Shown piece by piece: positions 11,437-19,690 of a stretch of DNA of 64,000 nucleotides. The translations under genes and the position numbers were made by a program. This DNA is from Acetobacteraceae bacterium (lineage in GTDB: Bacteria > Pseudomonadota > Alphaproteobacteria > Acetobacterales > Acetobacteraceae). The DNA lies in NCBI GenBank assembly GCA_027487675.1, contig JAIYDD010000163.1, positions 253 through 64,252 of the forward strand, written 5' to 3'. A model generated the notes under the pieces. That model ran no database searches, was not told the DNA's origin, and saw only the letters and a list, made by a program, of their open reading frames with translations. Position 1 is the first letter of the stretch, and every line of letters starts with the position of its first letter.

Positions 11437-11737
11437 GAGAGGGGCGCCGCCCGATGGGCGCCAGCTTAACTCCTCGGGGGCGGAAGCAGGCGGTGCGAGG
11501 CTCCGCCTCGCGCTCCGGCAGGGGCGCTGCCCCTGCACCCCGCCAAGGGGCAGTGGCCCCTTGGAACGCCGTTCGTTTATTTGATTCTATTTTGATTGAT
11601 GCCGGTCCAGGGCGGCAGCCCTGGTTGTGCGGGGGTCGAACGCCGAAGGCGTTCGACGGGGGGGCCAAAGCCTCCACCCGGGCCGAAGGGCGCAACGCAG
11701 ACCGTAAGTTAGCGCCTATGGGGCGCCGCCCCTCTCG
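11437..11737 (-). mobile_element. MITE-like repeat, full copy C (inverted orientation)
   Basis: The ends are 'GAGAGGGGCGCCGCCCGATGGGCGCCAGCTTAAC' and 'GTAAGTTAGCGCCTATGGGGCGCCGCCCCTCTC', which are inverted repeats. The interior is the reverse complement of copy G (51115-51397). Confidence 0.75.
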
Positions 11738-11830
11738 AAATTCTCCCCGCCAAGGGCCAGGGGGCCCTTGGAACCCGGGGGGTCGGGACGGCGCCCTCGC
11801 CAGCAAATAGCCCGTCAGCGCCCCCTCAGC

Positions 11831-11870
11831 CCTCTCCCACCACCGGGGGGAGAGGGTCGGGTGAGGGGGG
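11831..11870 (+). repeat. short REP, family 3 ('CTCTCCC-N-GGGAGAGGGTCGGGTGAGGGG')
   Basis: The same motif recurs at 23618-23664 and, inverted, at 43324-43366. Confidence 0.6.
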
Positions 11871-11934
11871 CCTGCGAAGCACGGCTGCATCGCCGCGATC
11901 CTGGCACGCGCCGAGCCCGCCACCCCGCCCCCCA

Positions 11935-12828
11935 TCACCGCGGCCCCAGCATCTGGTGCAGCGCCAGCAGCGCCATCTCCGGCGGCTGGTCGGTGCGGTG
12001 CGTGCCGAAGCTCCATCCCGCCGATTGCGCGATGGCCGCCAGCCCCGCCCGGTGGCGCGCCAGGCGCTCGGCATAGATCTCGCGCACCAATTCGACCCGC
12101 GGCACCAGCGTCGGCGGGCCGAGCGCGGCATCCACCTCCTCGAAGCGGACGCGGCCGGCATAGGGCAGCGTCTCCTCCGCCGGGTCCAGCACCTGCAGCA
12201 GGTGCCCGCGCACGCCCTGCGCCGACAGCGCCGCGACGGCCCGCCCGGTCTCCGGCAGCGGCGCCCAGAAATCGCCGAACAGCACCGCACGGGCATGCCG
12301 GGCGATCCGCGCATCCTCCGGCGCGGCGGACAGCCTGGGCAGCGACCCGGCGATGGAGGGCAGCGCCCCGCGCCCCGCGAAAGGCCGCGGCAGGCCGAAC
12401 AGCCGAACCCGCTCGCCGCCGCGCAGCAGCAGGGAGGCGAGCGCCAGCAGCAGCAGCTGCGCCCGGAAGGACTTGGCCGGCATCTCCCGCCCGCTGCGCC
12501 AATCCATGGAGGGGCCGGAGGCGCACCAGAGCGCGACCGTCTGCGCGGCCTCCCACTCCGTCTCCCGGATGAACAGCCGGTCGGACTTGCCCGATTGCCG
12601 CCAGTCGATGCGCGACGAGGGGTCGCCGGCGACATAGGGCCGGAACTGCCAGAAGGCCTCGCCGGGCCCGGCGCGGCGGCGGCCATGCACGCCCGGCATC
12701 ACGGTCGCGGCGACGCGCTCGGCTTCGACCAGCAGCGGCGGCAGCGCGGCGCCGAGCTGCTCCGCCCAGGGGATCGAGGCCTGGATCGCCGCCTGGATCG
12801 CGGCCTGCGTGGAAGGGGGGCTAGCCAA
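11935..12828 (-). CDS. DUF58 domain protein (MoxR-partner)
   Basis: 297 aa with the typical DUF58 block 'FRPYVAGDPSSRIDWRQSGKSDRLFIRETEWE'. Its start overlaps the MoxR stop by 8 nt. Confidence 0.85.
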   Translation of the reverse strand: MASPPSTQAAIQAAIQASIPWAEQLGAALPPLLVEAERVAATVMPGVHGRRRAGPGEAFWQFRPYVAGDPSSRIDWRQSGKSDRLFIRETEWEAAQTVALWCASGPSMDWRSGREMPAKSFRAQLLLLALASLLLRGGERVRLFGLPRPFAGRGALPSIAGSLPRLSAAPEDARIARHARAVLFGDFWAPLPETGRAVAALSAQGVRGHLLQVLDPAEETLPYAGRVRFEEVDAALGPPTLVPRVELVREIYAERLARHRAGLAAIAQSAGWSFGTHRTDQPPEMALLALHQMLGPR

Positions 12829-13825
12829 GCTGGGCCTTCAGCACGTCCAGGACCTCCGAGAGGTGCACGCCGTCGGCGCGCGCGGAAAAATTCAGCGCCA
12901 TGCGGTGGCGCAGCACCGGCTCGGCCAGCGCCAGCACATCCTCGACGGACGGCGCGAGCCGCCCGCCCAGAACCGCTCGTGCGCGGGTCGCCAGCATCAG
13001 CGCCTGGGCGGCGCGGGGACCGGGGCCGTAGGAGAGATGGCGGCGGACATCCTCGATGGTCGTCGTTTCCGGGCGCGCATTGCGCACCAGGCGCAGGATG
13101 GCGTCCAGCACCGCCTCGCCCACCGGCAGGCGGCGGATCAGCGCCTGGGCGGCGATCAATTCCGTGCCGGTCATCGCCTGCACCGGCTTCGCCTCCCGCG
13201 CGCCGGTGGTCGCCAGCAGCATGGCGCGTTCCGCGGCAAGATCGGGGTAGCCGACATCGATCTCCAGCAGGAAGCGGTCGAGCTGCGCTTCCGGCAGCGG
13301 ATAGGTGCCTTCCTGCTCGATCGGGTTCTGGGTGGCCAGCACGTGGAAGGGCGCCGGCAGCGGGTGCAATTCGCCCGCGATCGCCACCCGCTGTTCCTGC
13401 ATCGCCTGCAGCAGGGCGGATTGGGTGCGGGGCGAGGCGCGGTTGATCTCGTCGGCCATCAGCAGCTGGCAGAAGACCGGGCCCCGGATGAAGCGGAAGG
13501 CGCGCTTGCCATGCGCATCCTCCTCCAGCACCTCGGAGCCCAGGATGTCGGCCGGCATCAGGTCCGGGGTGAACTGCACGCGCTTGGCGTCCAGCCCCAT
13601 CACGGTGCCGAGGGTGTCCACCAGCTTGGTCTTGCCGAGCCCCGGCACGCCCACCAGCAAGACATGACCGCCGGACAGCAGGGTGATCAGGGTGCGCTCG
13701 ACCACCTGCTCCTGGCCGAAGATCACCCGCCCCACCGCGTCCCGCACCCGGGACAGGCGGGCGGCCAGGGCCTCCGCCTCCGCGACCAGGGCCTGGGCTT
13801 CCGCGGGATCGGCCACTTCAACCAT
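12821..13825 (-). CDS. MoxR-family AAA+ ATPase
   Basis: Trimmed from ORF 12821..14260 to the ATG at 13825 (334 aa). It has Walker A 'GVPGLGKT', Walker B 'LLMADEINRA' and 'VLATQNPIEQEGTYPLPEAQLDRF'. Confidence 0.92.
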   Translation of the reverse strand: MVEVADPAEAQALVAEAEALAARLSRVRDAVGRVIFGQEQVVERTLITLLSGGHVLLVGVPGLGKTKLVDTLGTVMGLDAKRVQFTPDLMPADILGSEVLEEDAHGKRAFRFIRGPVFCQLLMADEINRASPRTQSALLQAMQEQRVAIAGELHPLPAPFHVLATQNPIEQEGTYPLPEAQLDRFLLEIDVGYPDLAAERAMLLATTGAREAKPVQAMTGTELIAAQALIRRLPVGEAVLDAILRLVRNARPETTTIEDVRRHLSYGPGPRAAQALMLATRARAVLGGRLAPSVEDVLALAEPVLRHRMALNFSARADGVHLSEVLDVLKAQLG

Positions 13826-14150
13826 GCTGGTCAGGCTCCCTATATGTGCCGATGCTCGATATGGCCCGAGTATCCACGCCGGCCATCCCGAATGCCACAT
13901 CGGTAACACGCCGGTGCAATCGGGGCGGGTGGGACGGGCGGGACACACCGCCTGCGGACGAATGCGTGGGACCGGGTTCGGGCATCGGGTTGGGGATCGA
14001 GGGTGACGTGGGAAGGGTGACGTGAGCGGGGAGCAGGCTGGAAAACCGCGCGGCGCGGGCGGCAAGGCGACCTTTCCGGGCCGGCAGGCGGGCGAGCACC
14101 CGCAGGCCCGGCACGCGGGCGGCATGCCGGGCCGGCAGGCGGGCACAACC

Positions 14151-14750
14151 ATGACGGGCGCGCCGCCGGGCGAGGCGCCGCCGGGCAGCCGCGCCGCCGC
14201 GCCCGCGCGGGCACGGCACGATTGCGGCGACTTCGCGCTGCGAATCGCCAAGGACGGCACCTGGCACTATCGCGGCAGCCCGATCGGCCGGAAGGAGCTG
14301 GTCTGCCTCTTCGCCTCGGTCCTGCGCCGGGACGCCGATGGCAGCTACGTGCTGGAAACCCCGGTGGAGCGCGGCCGGATCGAGGTGGAGGACGCGCCCT
14401 TCGTCGCGGTGGAGATGTTCTGGCGCGACTGCGCCGACCCCTTCTCCCCCGACCCCAAGCCGCGGCAATGCCTGACCTTCCGCACCAACCTCGACGAGAT
14501 GGTCACCGCCGACGCCGAGCACCCGATCCGCGTCCAGATCGACCCCCGCACCCGCGAGCCCCGCCCCTACCTGACCGTCCGCCCGGGGCTGGAGGCGCGG
14601 ATCAGCCGCGCCGTCTTCTACGAGCTGGTGGCGCTCGCCGAGCCCGAGCCGGTGGAAGGCCGCCCCGTGCTCGGCGTGTGGTCGGAGGGTGTCTTCTTCC
14701 CGATCGACGACGCGCCGGCGCCGCACGCCCTCGACAGCGCGGCCGAGTGA
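14151..14750 (+). CDS. DUF1285 domain protein
   Basis: The conserved N-terminal block is 'FALRIAKDGTWHYRGSPIGRKELVCLFASVL'. The start is uncertain (ATG at 14124 or 14151). It is divergent from MoxR and followed by NUDIX and cca, a common alphaproteobacterial arrangement. Confidence 0.7.
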   Translation: MTGAPPGEAPPGSRAAAPARARHDCGDFALRIAKDGTWHYRGSPIGRKELVCLFASVLRRDADGSYVLETPVERGRIEVEDAPFVAVEMFWRDCADPFSPDPKPRQCLTFRTNLDEMVTADAEHPIRVQIDPRTREPRPYLTVRPGLEARISRAVFYELVALAEPEPVEGRPVLGVWSEGVFFPIDDAPAPHALDSAAE

Positions 14751-15433
14751 CCGCCTTCGACGACGCGCCCGGCCCGGACGAGGCCACCGCCCCGCCCGCC
14801 GCCGGCACCGCGCTGGCGGTGCAGCCCGAAGCGCCCTCCCGCGCCGAGATCGCGGCGCGGCTGGCCGATCCCGCCCGCATGGCCGCCCTGGCGGCGGAGG
14901 AGCCGGGGCGGGTGGTCGGCGGCATCCCCCCCCGGCCCGGCCCGCAGAAGCCGGCCGCGGTGCTGGTGCCGCTGGTCTGGCACGCCTCCGGCCCGACGGT
15001 GCTGCTGACGCTGCGCGCCGGCCATCTCTCCGCCCATGCCGGCCAGGTCGCCTTCCCCGGCGGCCGGATCGAAGCCGGCGAGACGCCGGAAGCCGCGGCG
15101 CTGCGCGAGGCGGCGGAGGAGGTGGGCCTCGACCCGCGCCTGCCGGTGCTGGCCGGGCGGCTGCCGGACCATGTCACCGGCACCGGCTACCGCGTGACGC
15201 CGGTGGTCGCCTTCCTCGACCCGCCCCTCGCCCTCACCGCGGACCCGTCCGAGGTGCAGTCGATCTTCGAGCTGCCGCTGGCGACCGTGCTGGACCCGGC
15301 GGCGCCGATGCGCGCGCGCGCCGAGCTGGCGGGGCGGATGCGCGAATACTGGGTCTGGCCGCACCCCGAGCACCATGTCTGGGGCGCCACCGCGGCGATG
15401 CTGGTGACGCTGGCGCGGCTGCTGCGCGGCTGA
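14747..15433 (+). CDS. CoA pyrophosphatase (NUDIX hydrolase)
   Basis: The GTG start overlaps the upstream stop (GTGA). The NUDIX box is 'GGRIEAGETPEAAALREAAEEVGL'. Confidence 0.85.
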   Translation: MTAFDDAPGPDEATAPPAAGTALAVQPEAPSRAEIAARLADPARMAALAAEEPGRVVGGIPPRPGPQKPAAVLVPLVWHASGPTVLLTLRAGHLSAHAGQVAFPGGRIEAGETPEAAALREAAEEVGLDPRLPVLAGRLPDHVTGTGYRVTPVVAFLDPPLALTADPSEVQSIFELPLATVLDPAAPMRARAELAGRMREYWVWPHPEHHVWGATAAMLVTLARLLRG

Positions 15434-15517
15434 CGCCGGGCGGCGGCACAGCGCAAGGCGGGGCAGGGCGCGGCGGGCAGGCTGCCGCCGGGCCGGATCC
15501 TCCTATATGCAGCGGCC

Positions 15518-15772
15518 ATGGCCGCCATCGTCGCCGTCCTCCTCACCCTGCTGCCCTTCGGGCTCTATCTCGCCTGGCGCCGCTTCGGCCCGGGCCGCGG
15601 CGAGCCCTCATCCGGCATGCTGGTCGCGCTGCTGCTCGGCGTCGGGCTGATGCTGGGCACGGCGGTCTGGTTCGGCCTGTCGCGCAGCTTCGACCGCGGC
15701 ACCACCTATGTCCCCGCGACGCTGGGCGCCGGCGGCGCCGTCGAGCAGGGCCGGGCGGCACCGGGGCGATGA
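15518..15772 (+). CDS. small two-TM membrane protein
   Basis: 84 aa with two hydrophobic helices. Its stop overlaps the cca ATG (ATGA), which suggests it is translated. Confidence 0.55.
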   Translation: MAAIVAVLLTLLPFGLYLAWRRFGPGRGEPSSGMLVALLLGVGLMLGTAVWFGLSRSFDRGTTYVPATLGAGGAVEQGRAAPGR

Positions 15773-17073
15773 GCGCGGGCGGCGCGGACCCGCCCCAGGC
15801 GCGGATCGCCCCGCCCGGCTTCCTCGCCGCCCCGGCGCCCGCCGCCGTGCTCGCCGCCCTGCCCGGCGCGCGCGCCGTCGGCGGCTGCGTGCGCGATGCG
15901 CTGGCCGGGCAGCCGGTGCATGACGTGGACGTCGCCGCCCCCCTGCCGCCCGAGGCGATCGCGCAGCGCCTGCGCGCCGCCGGCCTCAAGGTGTTCGAGA
16001 CGGGGCTGGCGCATGGCACCGTCACCGCCGTTCTGGACCACGCGCCGGTCGAGGTGACCGCGCTGCGCCAGGACGTCGCGACCGATGGCCGGCACGCCGA
16101 GGTCGCCTGGACCACCGACTGGCGGCTGGACGCGGCGCGGCGCGATTTTCGCATCAACGCCATGTCGCTCTCGGCCGCCGGCGAGCTGTGGGACTATTTC
16201 GACGGCCGCGCCGACCTGGAAGCCGGGCGCGTGCGCTTCGTCGGCGACCCGGCCCTGCGCCTCGCCGAGGATTTTTTGCGCGCGTTGCGGTTCTTCCGCT
16301 TCTGGGCGCGCTACGGGCGCGGCGCGCCGGATGCCGAGGCGATGGCGGCGATCGCCGGCGCGGTGGAGGGCCTCACGCGCCGCATCGCGCCGGAGCGGAT
16401 CTGGATGGAGCTGAAGCGCCTGCTCGCCGGCCCGCGGCCCGATGCGGCGCTCGGGGCGATGGCCGCCACCGGCCTGCTGGCCGCCGTGCTGCCGGAAGGC
16501 GCGGCGCCTGCCACGCTCGGCGCCGCGGTGGCGCGCGGCCTGCCGGCCGAGCCGCTGCTGCGCCTCGCGGTGCTGGTGCCGCCCGAGGCGCGGTCGGTCG
16601 CCGCCCTGCCCGACCGGCTGCGCTGGTCGCGGGAGGAAGCCGGCAGCTTCCGCGCCGCCCGCCATCCCGACCGCGCGGCGCTGGCGCCCGGGCTGGACGA
16701 TGCCGCTTTGCGCCGGCTGCTGGCCGACCACCCGCCCGGGCGCCTGCTGGACCGCGCCTGGCTGCGCATGGCCTGGGGCGAGCTGGCGCCGGAGGCGGCC
16801 GCCGCGCTGCGCGCCCGCATCGCCGCCCTGCCGGTGCCGGTCTTCCCGCTGAAGGGCCAGGATGCGCTGGACCGTGGCCAGCCACCCGGCGCCGCGATCG
16901 GCCAGCTTCTGGCGGAGCTGCGGGCATGGTGGCTGGCGGGCGGCTGCGTGGCCGACCGCGCGGCCTGCCTGGCGGAGCTGCGGCGGCGAATCGGGACCGG
17001 GGATGCACCGCAGGATGCCGCCGGGGCGGCGGACGGGCCCGCCGCCCCGGGGCGCAGCCCCGAGGGCGCCTGA
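15769..17073 (+). CDS. cca: CCA tRNA nucleotidyltransferase
   Basis: Trimmed from ORF 14689..17073 to the ATG at 15769 (434 aa). Motifs are 'VGGCVRD', 'HDVDVA', 'ETGLAHGTVT' and 'RRDFRINA'. Confidence 0.9.
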   Translation: MSAGGADPPQARIAPPGFLAAPAPAAVLAALPGARAVGGCVRDALAGQPVHDVDVAAPLPPEAIAQRLRAAGLKVFETGLAHGTVTAVLDHAPVEVTALRQDVATDGRHAEVAWTTDWRLDAARRDFRINAMSLSAAGELWDYFDGRADLEAGRVRFVGDPALRLAEDFLRALRFFRFWARYGRGAPDAEAMAAIAGAVEGLTRRIAPERIWMELKRLLAGPRPDAALGAMAATGLLAAVLPEGAAPATLGAAVARGLPAEPLLRLAVLVPPEARSVAALPDRLRWSREEAGSFRAARHPDRAALAPGLDDAALRRLLADHPPGRLLDRAWLRMAWGELAPEAAAALRARIAALPVPVFPLKGQDALDRGQPPGAAIGQLLAELRAWWLAGGCVADRAACLAELRRRIGTGDAPQDAAGAADGPAAPGRSPEGA

Positions 17074-17192
17074 CTGCCCCCGGGGTACCGGAACAAATAA
17101 AGAACTACCAGGGTCGCGCCCCGCGCGCAAGCCCGTCCTGGCCGGCGCGCCCGCCGCTTCTGTCCGCCCGCCGCATGGTCTAGACGCCGCGC

Positions 17193-18950
17193 ATGGCCCG
17201 CCGCCCCGCCCTCGACGCCGCTTCCCTGCCGCTGATCCGCCGGCTCTGGCGCGAGCATGTCGCCTTCCAGTCCCGGCTGCTGGCCCTTGCGGCGCTGGCG
17301 GCCATCGGCGTCGCCGGCACCACCGCGCTCTACCCCATCGTCATCCAGCAGGCCTTCGACCGCTTCGCCGCGGGCGATGCCTCCGTCATGTGGCTGCTGC
17401 CGCCGGTGATCATCGCCGTCACCTTCGGCAAGGCGATCGCCACCTACCTGCAGGCGGTGGTCACCCAGCGCATGGTGCAGAACGTGGTGGAGGGGCTGCA
17501 GCGCCGGCTCTTCGCCGCCCTCACCCGCGCCGACCTGGCGCAGGTGGCGCGCGACGCCCCGGCCCGCCAGGCGGCGCGCTTCACCACGGACGCCGGCATG
17601 GTGCGGGAGATGCTGGGCAAGGTGATCAGCGCCGCGGCCGACCTGCTGACGGTGATCGGCCTGGTCGGCTCGATGATCTGGATGGACTGGCAGATGGCGC
17701 TGCTCGCCGCGCTGCTCTACCCGATCGCGGCCTGGCCGATCGTCGCCATCGGCCGGCGCATCCGCCGTGCGTCGCGGGGCATGCAGGACCAGGTCGGCGA
17801 AAGCGCGTCGCTGCTGGTGGAAAGCTTCGGCGCCGCCCGCGTGGTGCGCGCCTATCGCCTGGAAGCCGCCGAGGAAGCCCGCGCGGCGGATGCCTTCGCC
17901 CGGCTGAAGGAAAGCAACCTGCGCATCGCCCGCGCCCGCGCCCGCGTCGATCCGGTGCTGGAGGCGCTGGGCGGCATCGCGGTGGCGGGCGTGCTGGCCT
18001 TCGTCGGCTGGCGCGTGTCGTCCGGCCTCGGCACGGTCGGCGACTTCACCGGCTTCGTCGCCGCGCTGCTGATCGCAGCAAGGCCGGTGCGCGCGCTCGG
18101 CAACCTCAACGCCGCGGTGCAGGAAGGCCTGGCGGGCCTCGCCCGCGTGCTGGCGGTGGTGGACGAGGCGCCGCGCATCCGGGATGCCGCGGAGGCCACG
18201 AAGCTGCCCGAAGGCCGCGGCCGACTGGCCTTTGAGGAGGTCGGCTTCCGCTACGAGGGCGTGGAGGCCGCCGCGCTGTCGGGCCTCAGCTTCGTGGCGG
18301 AGCCGGGGCGGACCGTCGCGCTGGTCGGGCCCTCGGGCGGCGGCAAGTCCACGGCGCTCGCGCTGGTGCCGCGGCTCTACGACGTCACGCAGGGCCGCGT
18401 GACGCTGGACGGCGGCGATGTGCGGGACGTCACGCTCGCCAGCCTGCGCGACGCCATCGCCTATGTCGGCCAGGATGCGGTGGTGTTCGACGACACCGCG
18501 CTCGCCAACATCGCCTGCGGCCGGCCGGGTGCGACGCGCGCGGAGGTGGAGGACGCAGCCCGTGCCGCCGCCGCGCACGACTTCATCGCCGCCCTGCCGC
18601 AGGGCTACGACACGGTGCTGGGCAGCGGCGGGTCGCGGCTGTCGGGCGGCCAGCGCCAGCGCGTGGCACTCGCCCGAGCCCTGCTGCGCAACCCGCGCGT
18701 GCTGCTGCTGGACGAGGCGACCAGCGCGCTCGATGCCGAGAACGAGGCGCTCGTGCAGCAGGCGCTGGCCCGGCTGCGGGCCGGGCGCACCACGCTGGTC
18801 ATCGCGCATCGCCTGTCCACCGTGCGCGACGCCGACTGGATCGTGGCGATGGAGGCCGGAAGCGCGGTGGAGCAGGGCACCCATGCCGAGCTGATGGCCC
18901 AGGACGGGCTCTATGCGCGGCTGGTCCGCACCCAGGCCTTTGCGGCGTGA
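17193..18950 (+). CDS. ABC transporter, fused permease/ATPase (MsbA-like exporter)
   Basis: 585 aa with a six-TM N-terminal half. It has Walker A 'GPSGGGKST', signature 'LSGGQRQR' and Walker B 'LLLDEATSALD'. Confidence 0.9.
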   Translation: MARRPALDAASLPLIRRLWREHVAFQSRLLALAALAAIGVAGTTALYPIVIQQAFDRFAAGDASVMWLLPPVIIAVTFGKAIATYLQAVVTQRMVQNVVEGLQRRLFAALTRADLAQVARDAPARQAARFTTDAGMVREMLGKVISAAADLLTVIGLVGSMIWMDWQMALLAALLYPIAAWPIVAIGRRIRRASRGMQDQVGESASLLVESFGAARVVRAYRLEAAEEARAADAFARLKESNLRIARARARVDPVLEALGGIAVAGVLAFVGWRVSSGLGTVGDFTGFVAALLIAARPVRALGNLNAAVQEGLAGLARVLAVVDEAPRIRDAAEATKLPEGRGRLAFEEVGFRYEGVEAAALSGLSFVAEPGRTVALVGPSGGGKSTALALVPRLYDVTQGRVTLDGGDVRDVTLASLRDAIAYVGQDAVVFDDTALANIACGRPGATRAEVEDAARAAAAHDFIAALPQGYDTVLGSGGSRLSGGQRQRVALARALLRNPRVLLLDEATSALDAENEALVQQALARLRAGRTTLVIAHRLSTVRDADWIVAMEAGSAVEQGTHAELMAQDGLYARLVRTQAFAA

Positions 18951-19690
18951 CCGCGCCCGGCCTTCCCGACCCCGATGCGCCGCATCGGCGTCCCGACCCG
19001 GACGCCCTGCATCGGTTGCCCGACCCGGATGCGCTGCATCGGTTGCCAGACCCGGATGCGCTGCACCCGATGCCGGGCCTGACGCGCACCGTGCATCTCC
19101 GCCCGCTGATCGCCGCGCAGGCGCAGGTCACCAACGTCTCCGCCGGCCGCTTCAGCTACTACGATGACCCCGACCACGCGCTCGATTTCCTGGCGCGCAA
19201 CATCCCCTACAATTTCCGCTTCACCGGCGACCGCCTGGTGATCGGCAGCTTCTGCGCCATCGCCGCCGGCGCGCGCTTCCTGCTGCCGGATGCGCTGCAC
19301 GCCATGGCCGGGCCCTCCACCTACCCTTTCGCGATCCATGCCGGCGCCTTCGCCGAGGCCCTGCCCTTCGACGCCTATCCCTTCCCGAAGAAGGGCGACA
19401 CCGTCATCGGCCACGATGTCTGGATCGGCACGGAGGCGATGGTGATGCCCGGCATCCGCATCGGCCATGGCGCCATCGTCGCCGCCCGCGCCGTCGTCAC
19501 GCGCGACGTGCCCGACTACGCCGTGGTGGCCGGCAACCCGGCGCGGGTGGTCAAGATGCGCTACGGCGCCGAGGACGTCGCGCGCCTGCTCGCGCTCGGC
19601 TGGTGGGATTGGCCGCTGGAGCGCATCGCGCGCGCCATCCCGGCGCTGGTCAAGGGCAGCGTGGCGGAGCTGGCGGCTATTCCCGCCTGA
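18947..19690 (+). CDS. Vat/CatB-type xenobiotic (streptogramin A-like) O-acetyltransferase, hexapeptide-repeat family
   Basis: The GTG start overlaps the ABC gene stop. Vat-like blocks are 'GRFSYYDD', 'LHAMAGPSTYPF' (catalytic His), 'GDTVIGHDVWIGTEAMVMPGIRIGHGAIVAA' and 'WWDWP'. The N-terminus is extended by a 9-aa tandem repeat. Confidence 0.85.
   Translation: MTAPGLPDPDAPHRRPDPDALHRLPDPDALHRLPDPDALHPMPGLTRTVHLRPLIAAQAQVTNVSAGRFSYYDDPDHALDFLARNIPYNFRFTGDRLVIGSFCAIAAGARFLLPDALHAMAGPSTYPFAIHAGAFAEALPFDAYPFPKKGDTVIGHDVWIGTEAMVMPGIRIGHGAIVAARAVVTRDVPDYAVVAGNPARVVKMRYGAEDVARLLALGWWDWPLERIARAIPALVKGSVAELAAIPA
18965..19072 (+). repeat. 4 x 27-bp tandem repeat inside the vat 5' coding region
   Basis: The units 'CCCGACCCGGATGCGCTGCATCGGTTG' (with variants) are head to tail. 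They encode PDPDA(P/L)H(R/P)(R/L/M). Confidence 0.85.

Noticed and set aside
11905-11925. Other TGGCACG occurrences (for example 'CCTGGCACGCGCCGAGC' at ~11910 and 'TTGGCACGCGGGGCCG' at ~2393) as sigma54 promoters.
   Set aside because: No TTGC-like -12 element occurs at the required spacing, and no appropriately oriented downstream gene is present.
11408-12556. 382-aa minus ORF and 286-aa ORF 11826..12686 overlapping the DUF58 gene.
   Set aside because: They are alternate frames of the DUF58 gene running into repeat DNA, and their composition is low-complexity.
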